A stretch of DNA of 64,000 nt from an uncultured Verrucomicrobiae bacterium (GCA_963782115.1 CAWAIK010000004.1:1-64000), one strand, 5' to 3'. Shown: positions 20,279 to 29,594, counted from the first letter of the stretch. A program made the numbers and translations. The notes: generated by a model not told the origin, from the letters alone.

Positions 20279-22558
20279 TCATCGGGTACGCCGAATCTCT
20301 TCGGCCGATTTGCTCTCCAGTTGTTCATCCGTTCGTTTCAGTTCTAGCGGCAATCGCTGGGCGACACCTGGACTTGACCAGTTCAGGTGGCTTGAGGCGC
20401 TCACCGCACGGCCGACCGACCTCATGTCAATGCTGTCGTCTCGGGAGAGCAGCATGACCGGTTCTACAGTTCCTTGTCGGAGGGTAGCCTCCCCAGTGTT
20501 GGCGACGAAGGCAGTTTTTCTGCCGACGTAGAGGACACAGCCCTCTAATACGTTGCAAACTTCCCCAGCATCTGTGACCTCCCACAATCGAAGGCCTTTG
20601 ACGCTGCGTTTGTGAAAATCAACCACGTCGAAACGTGCATCTTTTTCGAGCAATCCTTGCTCGATGAGTTCGCCTTGCGCGCCGTAGATCGCGTCAAGCT
20701 CACGTCCGCATTCCCGACCGTCTCTCAGACACAGAACCGACCGTAGCGGCTGAAACCCGCGTCGACGAGCGGCTTTGAAAAGGGCGACAATCTTGTCCCG
20801 AAGATGGACCTCGTTGATGGTCTCACGCTTCCAGTCGGCTTTATGTTCCACGACTGTATCGAGCCTGAAAAACGGCTCCGGTGAGTCGTCGTGGCAGATG
20901 AGGAGCGACAAAGCATAATGCCGGCGATCCCAACCCACATCAATCGCCAGCCCAGCATCGTAACCAGCGGAATTGGCGAACGCCCAGGGAACGCAGTCCA
21001 TCTGCTGCAGCACATCGAGCGCGCACATGTCGATAAATGAGCTCCAACTGCGGACACCGGGTGGCGTTTTGCCGTTGCCGCCGGATTTGAAATGCTCGTC
21101 GCGCTGTAAGCCGGCAAAGCGCTCTCGTAACAGCCGAAAAGTGATGCGCTTTAGTCGGTGACCTTTCAGCTCGTTCGCTACCGTGAAATACGCTGCCGGC
21201 TCTTCGGCGCGGAAAACGAATACCACGATGCCAGACTCGACTTTCTGCGCAATGCACGCCAGATCTTCGCTAAGGGAACGATAGCTCAGGGGCTCCAGTA
21301 CGTGGATCGGCTTCTTCATCCATTTTGAGAGGCGGTCCCTAATGTCCTCTGCCAAGCGCGTCTTCATGGCGTCACTCACCGCTTCAGGCACAACTAACTG
21401 GATCGAGCGGATGCCGGCGGGGGGGACATGAAAACAGCCCGCCTCGCGTAGAAAGGATCGCCGTTGCCGGAAATGCTCTTTGTAATCCGCAACTGTGTGC
21501 TGCTTGGGGGCTCGATAATATCGAAGCTGCCCGAAAATGAGGTCCGGCGGCGGGATCTGCTCGGTCATTTTTGGCGGCGGTCTCCAAAAGCCCGGATCGA
21601 TCTCGGGTTTCCCTTGCCCAAGCGGATGCTCTCCGAGTTTTTCGAAAAAGCCTTCGATCAGCCATCGGCGATCCGCAGGACTGATTTTGTCAGCTTGGTC
21701 GAACGGCTCGGGCAAGGACGCGTTCATCACGCGTAAGCGCAGCAGTCGCGCGTCCACCAGCTGAGGGCGCACTATCCCGGGAAACGATACACGCGCCACA
21801 GGCTCCTTCGCTCCGATCTGCAAATGGTGTTGGCGAAGATAGTATTGCTGAAGTGAGGTATAGTCTTTGTCTCGGATTCGCAATTGCCCGGTCGTCGCAC
21901 ATGTCATCCCGGGGACGAAGCTTTCGAAGTAGCACTTGTGCTTTGTTTTTTGTAGATCGTAAAGCAGCGTCGCCTTTTGTCCCTTCTGCCGCTGACTTAG
22001 TATTTCAAACTGCTTGCCGCGATCATTTTTGAAGAAATCGGCGATCGTGGAGAGGGTGTAGAATGCAGTGCTGACATCAACAATGAGCGCGACTCCCACA
22101 CCTTCGATCGGGAGACTCCCGACTTCGTAGCGGCGGTAAGCGGCGAAACCCTTCTTTGCTTGGAATGGCTCGCGCTCGTACCAGATTCGGAGGCTATCCA
22201 GAATCCAGAAATTGGTCCGCTTCTTGATCTCCATAAGCAGACAGCGCTCGAAGAGCTGGCTAAGGAGCAAAGCATCGATTGGGTTCGTGAATTCCAGTTG
22301 GCGCGTGTGGCCGCTATCTCGGAGCGCCCCGCACCAATTTTCTTCTTCGAGCGTCAACGCCGCGACCGGTTCGTCCGCGAGAACGAGAATTTCCGAGAGC
22401 TTACCCGAGGGGATCGCTGCCAATCCACGTCGATGCAATGCGTTGCACGCTCGCTGTAGCAACTCGGGCGTTGTTTGATGGGCCACCAGCTGTGCGCATC
22501 GCGTTTGAACGCTGAGCTTTGCGCCGCCACTGACGATGCGGATGTTGGTTTCGATCAT
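20279..22558 (-). CDS. ago: long prokaryotic Argonaute (N-PAZ-MID-PIWI), predicted catalytically active (DEDD)
   Basis: 759 aa. PAZ-like SLQQYY; linker PPDLIFG; MID end VPW; PIWI motifs GLAIDVG (D), KRETINE (E), CLRDGR (D), HK, GTVEP and LNWSS...RLPLELKRTDEQL (D). AAGGAG SD lies in the end of the upstream gene. Confidence 0.9.
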   Translation of the reverse strand: MIETNIRIVSGGAKLSVQTRCAQLVAHQTTPELLQRACNALHRRGLAAIPSGKLSEILVLADEPVAALTLEEENWCGALRDSGHTRQLEFTNPIDALLLSQLFERCLLMEIKKRTNFWILDSLRIWYEREPFQAKKGFAAYRRYEVGSLPIEGVGVALIVDVSTAFYTLSTIADFFKNDRGKQFEILSQRQKGQKATLLYDLQKTKHKCYFESFVPGMTCATTGQLRIRDKDYTSLQQYYLRQHHLQIGAKEPVARVSFPGIVRPQLVDARLLRLRVMNASLPEPFDQADKISPADRRWLIEGFFEKLGEHPLGQGKPEIDPGFWRPPPKMTEQIPPPDLIFGQLRYYRAPKQHTVADYKEHFRQRRSFLREAGCFHVPPAGIRSIQLVVPEAVSDAMKTRLAEDIRDRLSKWMKKPIHVLEPLSYRSLSEDLACIAQKVESGIVVFVFRAEEPAAYFTVANELKGHRLKRITFRLLRERFAGLQRDEHFKSGGNGKTPPGVRSWSSFIDMCALDVLQQMDCVPWAFANSAGYDAGLAIDVGWDRRHYALSLLICHDDSPEPFFRLDTVVEHKADWKRETINEVHLRDKIVALFKAARRRGFQPLRSVLCLRDGRECGRELDAIYGAQGELIEQGLLEKDARFDVVDFHKRSVKGLRLWEVTDAGEVCNVLEGCVLYVGRKTAFVANTGEATLRQGTVEPVMLLSRDDSIDMRSVGRAVSASSHLNWSSPGVAQRLPLELKRTDEQLESKSAEEIRRTR

Positions 22559-22564
22559 GCTGGC

Positions 22565-23536
22565 TTACTCCTTTGGGCAAATCTCCTGAAAGGGACACAG
22601 GCAGCAGATGCGTGGCTGACTGCATGGCGTAAATGCCTCTGCGCGGGCATCCACTCCATAGGATTTAAGCGAGCTCATCCGGTGGCAGTCCTGAATAATC
22701 CGTGCCGTAGCACGTTGAATTTCTCTCGGGCGCACCTTGAAAGATGATACGCTATTCTCAACCAAATGGACCCGGTAAAGATCGAGAGCGTCCGGCAGGC
22801 AGCGGGATTCTTTCAAAACAAACATCGCGTATGAAAACAGCTGAAGGCTGTCATCATCCCCGCTTGACTTGCCGATCTTCCAGTCCACAACGGCAACCCG
22901 CTCCCCGATGGGATAAGCGAGATCGATTTTGCCGCGCATCGCAAAATGCTTCTCGCGGAGATAGAGTGGTTTTTCTATGAGCGCTCGAGAATCAGCTCCA
23001 CCGGCGCGAAACCGGGCGCATAGATCGCTCGTGACAAAATTGGAAAGCGCTGTCAGCAGCTTGGCTTCCGATTCACGGCAGAGTTCCTCAGCGTTTTCAG
23101 AGTCGTAGTAGAACTCCATTAAGAGCTCAGGAGCGCGAGGGCCAACTACAAGAGAATCGCCATCCTGATAACCGCGTGAATAATCGATGTCCTTGCAAAA
23201 GGTGTGCCGCGCCCAGTTCTGCAAGCGCTCTAATGACCAGATGTGACCGTCGCGCGCCCGCTGAAGCCATGTGCGAATGGTAAAGTGCAGAATATCCCCG
23301 GTGCGCAGATATCGGTTGCTCAACGACTTCAGGAACTGGAGACGCTTCTTTTGGGGTTCGGATTTAGCGAGCCGGGTACTACTGCCAAAATACTGGTAGT
23401 AGTATTTTCGCAGACACTGTTCGAAGATGTCACGCCGGGAATAAGACCATTCGAAAGGATCGGCGTGGAGTTCGTCGGCGCCGAAGGCCGACTTCGGCAT
23501 TTCAAACAATTCGCACTGTGTCGCGTCCATTTTCAC
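22565..23536 (-). CDS. Cas4/AddB-like PD-(D/E)XK nuclease with 4Fe-4S cysteines
   Basis: WSYSRRDIFEQCLRKYY (Cys1), GDILH, IEKPL, GKIDLA, VVDWKIG, QLFSY and a C-terminal CCLCPFQEIC. Start is GTG 23536 or ATG 23530. Confidence 0.9.
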   Translation of the reverse strand: MKMDATQCELFEMPKSAFGADELHADPFEWSYSRRDIFEQCLRKYYYQYFGSSTRLAKSEPQKKRLQFLKSLSNRYLRTGDILHFTIRTWLQRARDGHIWSLERLQNWARHTFCKDIDYSRGYQDGDSLVVGPRAPELLMEFYYDSENAEELCRESEAKLLTALSNFVTSDLCARFRAGGADSRALIEKPLYLREKHFAMRGKIDLAYPIGERVAVVDWKIGKSSGDDDSLQLFSYAMFVLKESRCLPDALDLYRVHLVENSVSSFKVRPREIQRATARIIQDCHRMSSLKSYGVDARAEAFTPCSQPRICCLCPFQEICPKE

Positions 23537-23880
23537 CCACTTCTCAAGCGCTTAAGGCGCTGGGAGAGTTTCTCCCATTCATCGTCTGAGAGACGCATCG
23601 TCTGCGCCTGCCTCATAAATTGCTGAGCTGCGGCGCTTCCGCTCACCATTTCCTTCACTGCCGTTGGCATTTTTCCTGTCAAGGCCAGCAGCTTATCCGG
23701 GGGTACACTGAGGGCTTCGCAAATGTTCGTGATCGTGTCGGCTGCCGGCGGCGGCAGCCGGTTGTTTTCCACTTTGCTGATGTAAGAAAAGTCGACGCCG
23801 ACTTTCTCAGCCAGTTCGCGCTGGCTCAATCCGGTTCGTTTCCGCAATTCGCGCACCGCTTCCCCGAATGTGATTGCCAT
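23533..23880 (-). CDS. XRE/Cro-C1 family HTH transcriptional regulator; first gene of the pAgo operon
   Basis: FGEAVRELRKRTGLSQRELAEKVGVDFSYISKVENNR. Confidence 0.93.
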   Translation of the reverse strand: MAITFGEAVRELRKRTGLSQRELAEKVGVDFSYISKVENNRLPPPAADTITNICEALSVPPDKLLALTGKMPTAVKEMVSGSAAAQQFMRQAQTMRLSDDEWEKLSQRLKRLRSG

Positions 23881-23891
23881 AGGTCTTCCGG

Positions 23892-23925
23892 AGATTAAGC
23901 GGCGTTGAGTTGACAGTCAACTCAA
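23892..23925 (-). promoter_or_regulatory. predicted sigma70 promoter (TTGACT-17-TAATCT) overlapped by a perfect 10-1-10 palindromic operator
   Basis: TTGAGTTGAC-A-GTCAACTCAA at 23905-23925; -35 at 23920-23915; -10 at 23897-23892, 11 nt before the HTH ATG. Confidence 0.7.
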
Positions 23926-24096
23926 TCTTCTCAGATGCTCATTAAAATATTTGGGTCACTCCTCGAAGGTTCACTGGTCGCAATAGCGTTTTGAGAACGA
24001 AGACGACTTTAGCTGGGTTGACCCGACGTAGAGCAATTTCTGCCCCGATGGTTCTGATCCGAAAGGAAAGAGAGGCGCGCGCGCAGAACCGCGGAA

Positions 24097-24195
24097 CGCG
24101 GAAAATATCGACCAAAAAATCACGCAAAATAATTTGCAAAGTCACAGAGGAGAAAATTTATCCCAGCCTAACTTTAGTCCTACATAACCCCTTTT
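24097..24195 (+). repeat. ~97-bp non-coding element; inverted copy at 46140-46237
   Basis: Shared blocks AAAATATCG, AAAAATCACGCAAAATAATTT, GGAGAAAA, CTAACTTTAG and CATAACCCCTTTT. Confidence 0.8.
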
Positions 24196-25091
24196 GCGGG
24201 CGGTTATTGGGGTAAGCGAGAGACGCTGCGATAAGGACCTTACAAGCCGGATCGTCTTCGTGCAGAATTTTTGCTTCTCAAATATTTAAACTAAGTTGAC
24301 TGGCCGGTTAAGCGCGTGTATCCTCCAGCCAAAGTTTCCAAGGAAGTTCTCTGGGCATTTTGGAAGGCGCCTCGATTTAGGGGTAGCTGATCCATGATGC
24401 TGAGAGAAAAAATGGAAACATTAATATTCGCGTTAATCGCGTCATATAACGCTCACCGACAGCAAGAGCGGGTGGTCGCTGAACCGGAAGAATTTCAGCC
24501 CTTTGATCTCCAAGCGCTGAGAAACTCCGCAGACAACAAGCCAGTCCGGTCGTCGAGTCGGCGGGAGGCATATGTGCCACAAACCGCCTGACTTCTTCGA
24601 CTATGGACTCAAAATCTAACCTTGATTTCCCCCAGACTCCCTTTTTAATGCCGACCTGGCTGCCGGTGAATTCTTCGGACGTATCCTCCAAACGTCGAGG
24701 AGGAGCGAAAGCTTGATATCTGATGCCGATCAACGGATCAACGAGAACGATTCGGACGAAACCCTCACACAGGTTAATCGCTTGCCCGAAAATAGAGTGG
24801 GGAAAGCCGTCCTCTCGGGCTCTGTGAGCTCGCCAAGCAAATCCGTACTGTCACCTTCCGTGCCGCGTCTACAGCGAGTTCTGGCCCTTGCTGGCTCGGA
24901 AAAGCGCCGCCGGGTGCAGAGGTGGTTGGAACCATCTATAGGGGTTGATTCTGTTTAGCGCATCAGAATACGCACGCGTTCTTTATCGTTGTGGAACGCG
25001 ATAATAACAGACCGGATCCCTGGGAAGGATTTGTCGAACGGTGATTCTAATCCGAAGCACATCACAGCTCCGGATGTGGTAAGCCGAGGAA

Positions 25092-25472
25092 CTATTCCGG
25101 CGTGGCGCCGGAACGTTGTCTCAAGATCTCGACCGCAATTTTGAGCGCCTGCCGCTGCTTGTCCAACGACGATATCTCCGATTCGATCCGTGCGATCGCG
25201 GCGATTAATCCGCCGTCGACGACTGGTGGTTCACTGCTCGGCTTAGCCGGCAACTCTTCAGGTGCGGCCGCAGGCACGGCGGATTCACCTGCTGCGCCCG
25301 CTCCTGCCGCTGTTGTCTTACGATATTGTCTCGACCACTTGCGCAATGACCAAATGCTGACACCCAGTTCCTTGGCGAGGTCGTTCGCCAATACGCCGCC
25401 GGTTTGCAACCGTTGCACAGCGGCGACCTTGAAGTTCTCATCGACGTTCTTTCGGGCTTTACTCTTAGGCAT
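25092..25472 (-). CDS. HTH_Tnp_1 (IS3 OrfA-like) protein with a C-terminal coiled coil; no OrfB nearby
   Basis: ENFKVAAVQRL...LAKELGVSIWSLRKWSRQY, an Ala/Pro linker and a leucine-zipper-like tail. Confidence 0.65.
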   Translation of the reverse strand: MPKSKARKNVDENFKVAAVQRLQTGGVLANDLAKELGVSIWSLRKWSRQYRKTTAAGAGAAGESAVPAAAPEELPAKPSSEPPVVDGGLIAAIARIESEISSLDKQRQALKIAVEILRQRSGATPE

Positions 25473-25781
25473 TGGCTAAAAGGTGGCTCCTTGCTCGAGC
25501 CACTGCAAGGCTCAAGAGGGTGTTTGAATAGGCACCGTCCAGTCTACGAATTAATTGAAAACGACATCTGAGCTCGCTCTTCCTCTCAATGAAACGTCCA
25601 CCGTCGGGTACTCGGCGGCGGCTAAGCTGCCTCTCAAAGGCACCAACGCTCCCGCCGAGCAGGATCAGAAACACTGTGATGGCCCAGAATTCTATGCTCT
25701 TCAACCACGCATGCAGCGGGACCCGCTGGCGGACGAGCCCGCCCCCATAGGCCATCCAAAACATCATAAACCGTCCTGCAT

Positions 25782-26054
25782 TCAGACAAGATGCCCGTTC
25801 ACTAACTTAGTCATCTCGAACATCGAGACAACCTTCTTGCTGTCGAATACCGCCAGTAGTTTTTCGTCTGCGCGGATGCTGCGCTTGTCCTTGGGATCCT
25901 GGAGCTCATGTTTGCGGATGTACTCCCAAAGCTTTTTGGTCAGTTCGGTCCGGGGGAGTGGGTCTTTGCCGACCACTGCGGCCAGTGCGGCGTCGGGTTG
26001 CACGGGTTTGCTAAGGGCGTTTTTGGGGGCGGCGTCTTTCTTCGGGGTCGGCAT
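25782..26054 (-). CDS. SWIB/MDM2 domain protein
   Basis: LAAVVGKDPLPRTELTKKLWEYIRKHELQDPKDKRSIRADEKL...SMFEMTKLVNGHL. Confidence 0.93.
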   Translation of the reverse strand: MPTPKKDAAPKNALSKPVQPDAALAAVVGKDPLPRTELTKKLWEYIRKHELQDPKDKRSIRADEKLLAVFDSKKVVSMFEMTKLVNGHLV

Positions 26055-26239
26055 CGGGCAATTAGCTTAGAACGCGCCGAGCTTGGCTGCCAAGCGAAAA
26101 ATTAACCGTTGGTTGTCATTAAATCGCAGAATTGAGCCTCAGCTGTGCATTGGCAGCTGAGCGTTAAAAGGTCGCGTGGCGATCTACGCCGGAGCAGCAT
26201 TACCCATTCGGGTGATGTTGGCTGAAACAACTTGTCTTA

Positions 26240-27104
26240 GGGCGTGTTTGTAAATCATCTATGTGAGGCGAAGGGTGAGCAGGATGCCAAGGCAGACGAA
26301 GCCCAGGAAAGTTTCGGCCAGTTTGTCATAGCGAGTGGCGACTCGCCGGTAGCGTTTGATTCTTTGGAAGAAGTTTTCTACCCGATGACGACGCCGGTAA
26401 AGCTTTGGGGAGAATGGTACAGTCGTAGTTCGGTTAGTACGACCGGGAATGCAGGTTTTAACTCCCCTGGTGGCCGCTGTCTGTCTGAGGTTGGAGCTGT
26501 CATAGGCTTTGTCGCCGATAAGGGTAGAATCCTCTGGCAGGCACTCCATGAGCTCTTCTGCCAGAGAAATGTCGGCTTCGTTCCCACTGGACAAAGCAAT
26601 GATGATAGCTTGCGAACGGGTATTGACGACAGCGTGAATCTTGGTGTTTAGCCCTCCCTTGGTCCGTCCCATGGCTTGTGGAGCTTGTCCGCCGGCCGGA
26701 TTGGACCCGCCAGCATGAACCTTGACGTGAGTACTGTCGATAAAGTACCACCCCGAAGCGAGCTCCGGCCCGTATTGAGTCAGCACTTTTTGTAGCGTGC
26801 CGCGGTGACACCAGCGACGGAAATACTGGTACACAGAGTTCCAGCGGGCCTGTGGCCGATCGATAGCTCTCCAGCTGCATCCTTCTGTGAGCACAAACAG
26901 AATACTTTCAAGCACAACGTACATTGACAAAGGAGGCCGACCAGCTTTACTATCTTTATTGCCGCTCCAGGGAGTCGATTTCTATGGAAATTATAGCTTC
27001 CACTATCTTCGGCAGAAGCGCCTTCACTTTTGGTCGTATTCGCATCATCCGTTTTATCTCCAGATAGGCGCGTTATCCATTAAACAGGATTTACAAACAC
27101 GCCC
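26240..27104 (-). mobile_element. IS5-family element (IS427-like group), 865 bp
   Basis: 17-bp IR GGGCGTGTTTGTAAATC; TA (or TAG) duplication; the empty site is visible in the paralogous segment at ~29816-29840. Confidence 0.9.
26259..26930 (-). CDS. IS5-family transposase; the 5' end is probably frameshifted
   Basis: GCSWRA, FIDSTHVKVH, GRTKGGLNTKIH, GDKAYDS and RHRVENFFQRIKRYRRVATRYDK. Confidence 0.88.
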   Translation of the reverse strand: MSMYVVLESILFVLTEGCSWRAIDRPQARWNSVYQYFRRWCHRGTLQKVLTQYGPELASGWYFIDSTHVKVHAGGSNPAGGQAPQAMGRTKGGLNTKIHAVVNTRSQAIIIALSSGNEADISLAEELMECLPEDSTLIGDKAYDSSNLRQTAATRGVKTCIPGRTNRTTTVPFSPKLYRRRHRVENFFQRIKRYRRVATRYDKLAETFLGFVCLGILLTLRLT

Positions 27105-27205
27105 TAGAACTAAATCCGCATGAGAAACGGCGTTGTTTGTTTTTAGTGATACTTTCGGAGGAAAGAGTAGCTAAAGACCAGAGAATTATAAATAACCAAT
27201 TACCT

Positions 27206-27938
27206 ATGAAAAAACTCTTATTAACGTTCGCTCTTGCCGGCGTTGTCTCAGCGGGGGCTACCTATAGGGCGTGTGGGTACTGTGCATTGGCTTATAACCC
27301 TGCCACGGGCAAAATAGGCATGATGTCGAACTGTTACACCCTTGAAGAGGCAAAACAAAAGCATTACAGGCATGCTCTGGTGGCCGTATTGAGTATGCTG
27401 GCGGTGACAGGGATTTCTATGCGGTCGATTACTGGAGAGACCGTATGGTCGTATCGGTATCTATTGGGAGCGGGCCAGTACCCTTAGCGAGGCCCGCCGA
27501 CTCGCCGACAAGTGGTGTGCGGATCGCGGACTGGCTATTGCCAAGCGTTCGGCCTCTTGGCAAGAAACCGTAGGTTCGCCGTCCCCAGCTGCTTATGGCC
27601 TTCCATCATACGCCCATGTGGTGATCGAGAACAGGACTGGCAGGACGGTCCATTATAACTTCACGTGGGGCAGCGACTCCAAGGATGTAGAGTTGAGACC
27701 AGGTTATCACATGGACCACTCTTACAAGTATAACCCCAATGGCCTTCCGAGGCCAGAGCTGGAGGTTCGGCTCGCGCAGGGATTGATGGACTACAAGGGG
27801 TTATTGTTTGGCAGGCGATACATCATCCAGGCCGATACGAGGGACCTTGAGAACGTCACGGACGATCTCGGCCGCGACATCATGAAGGATGCCTTGAGTG
27901 CGCAGGGCCTCGGCAACCCTGTCGTTGCGGGTCAGTGA
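27206..27938 (+). pseudogene. secreted protein (signal peptide, DUF4189-like domain, C-terminal beta-rich domain) with several frameshifts
   Basis: MKKLLLTFALAGVV; YCALAYNPATGKIG...TLEEAKQK continuing as ALQAC; the C-terminal part reads HVVIENRTG...LRPGYHMDH. Confidence 0.55.
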
Positions 27939-28051
27939 TGGAAAAGCGTGTTGTCCATCATCTTCGGTGATCAATTGATCAAATTGATCAAGCCGAACTG
28001 GTAGAATGTTAAAACAAACGAAACAACAAAGAGACAAGTAGGAGCTAAAAC

Positions 28052-28414
28052 ATGAAAGCGATACAATTGATCCTAATAATCTGCGCCAGCGTGGTCTGGC
28101 TGCCTGGGAGGTCATCAGCTGCATCAAATGTGGTGATCCAGAACAAGACGGGCGGGGTGGTCCAGTTTGAGTTCAAGTGGGAGGGGGAGGGGTCGCGTCT
28201 CCCCGGGAAGGATTACTCCTTGCGACCAGGTTCTTACGAGCAGCTCTGGTGCACGTATTACACGAGTCGCCCTCCGACGCCAACGGTGCTTTTTCACCTC
28301 CACGAGGGGCTGGCAACCTACGGCTTACCGTGGGTCGGGTTTGGCAATCAGCCCAGGTGGTTCGCCATCGTGGCCGTCAATCCGGGCAACGTGTCCTGGT
28401 ACCCTCCATTCTGA
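28052..28414 (+). CDS. secreted 120-aa protein paralogous to the C-terminal domain above
   Basis: AGGAG SD; signal peptide; VVIQNKTGG...F.W...LRPG...GFGNQPR. Confidence 0.7.
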   Translation: MKAIQLILIICASVVWLPGRSSAASNVVIQNKTGGVVQFEFKWEGEGSRLPGKDYSLRPGSYEQLWCTYYTSRPPTPTVLFHLHEGLATYGLPWVGFGNQPRWFAIVAVNPGNVSWYPPF

Positions 28415-28430
28415 TACTTGTTGGGGCTAA

Positions 28431-28685
28431 TTGTTGGCGAGCGACGTTCAAAATTGTAATCTTGAGGGAGCGAACTTTAGTTCTGCAAATCTGAAAGGCG
28501 CAACGTTCCTGAACTGTAGTCTGCGGCAGGTGCTACTCGACGATTCCGTTCTTGAGGACGCAGATCTCTGGTCGGCGCGAGATCTGACGGTGGACCAGTT
28601 GTTATCAGCGAAATCGCTTTATAGGGCAAAACTGGCCCCGGAGCTCGCGCCGAACCTGCTCAGTCGGGTGAATACCCCACCGTAG
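28431..28685 (+). pseudogene. pentapeptide-repeat protein fragment
   Basis: CNLEG ANFSS ANLKG ATFLN CSLRQ...ADLWS. Confidence 0.6.
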
Positions 28686-28938
28686 GCCTTCTTGGATTCC
28701 TGTTGCCATTCCGGAAGAAAACGCACCCGGATTTCGCAACCACGTCGTCGTAGGAGAGAGGAAGTGGTCGCAGTTTGTTGCGCAACCGGTGGGAATCGCG
28801 CCATCTCTTCGCACAACGAGCATCGGGGGATCGAACCCCCCTCATTGTGCGCTCGGGAGGAGCGAAGCTCTTTCGAACGCAAAAGATCGTTACTGCCGCT
28901 GGCGAAGCTAGCCGGAGTCAAGCGGCCCGGACGATATA

Positions 28939-29075
28939 GGAGAGCGGGAGATTCCGTGGGTCTGCAGGCCACAACGAATTTGAACGGCGGCGCTAGGCCC
29001 GATTCGTTGATCATTGGACTCGCTCCCGAGAATTCCCTTACGAACGACTGATCCCCCCGGAATCTCCCGCTCTCC
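28939..29075 (-). mobile_element. MITE or internally deleted IS (~137 bp)
   Basis: Terminal IRs GGAGAGCGGGAGATTCC...GGAATCTCCCGCTCTCC. Confidence 0.7.
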
Positions 29076-29198
29076 CTCTACAAGCGATCCTTTTCGACGC
29101 GGCACGGACTTTTTTTGCCGCGCGACCCGACAAGCAATGGTCGCTGACGGACTGCATTGCGTTCGTCGCTATGAATGAACGCGGCATTACCGATGCGC

Positions 29199-29594
29199 GG
29201 TGCTCGGATCGCGGACTAACTATTGTCGAGCTTGCGGCCTATTGGCAAGAAACCGTAGGTTCCCCGTCCCCAGCTGCTTATGGCCTACCATCATACGACC
29301 ATGTGGTGATCGAGAACAGAACTGGCCAGGAGGTCGATTATGGTTTCAAGTGGAGGCAGCAACCTTCAGGTGGCTATAGGCTTGATACACTTGAACCCAG
29401 GTTATCACATGGACCACTACCACAAGTATACAAATGGCCTTCCGATGGCAGAGGTGACTCTTCACCTCGAGGCGGGAGTGAAAGGCTACGAGGCGGTACC
29501 GTTTGGGTTTGACAATAAACCCAGGCGATACATCATCCAGGCCGATAATACGGGCGACATCCGCTTGACGGACGATCTCGGCCGCGAAATCTAA
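29199..29594 (+). pseudogene. second, 5'-truncated copy of the secreted-protein C-terminal domain
   Basis: Near-identical to 27515-27880 (WQETVGSPSPAAYGLPSY.HVVIENRTG...DDLGR); frameshifted. Confidence 0.6.

Noticed and set aside
22565..23536. Calling the nuclease cas4 of a CRISPR-Cas locus
   Set aside because: No other cas genes or array occur in the window, and the gene is coupled to ago.
24394..24958. Short ORFs divergent from the pAgo operon
   Set aside because: They are broken frames with no recognisable domain and cannot be linked to the system.
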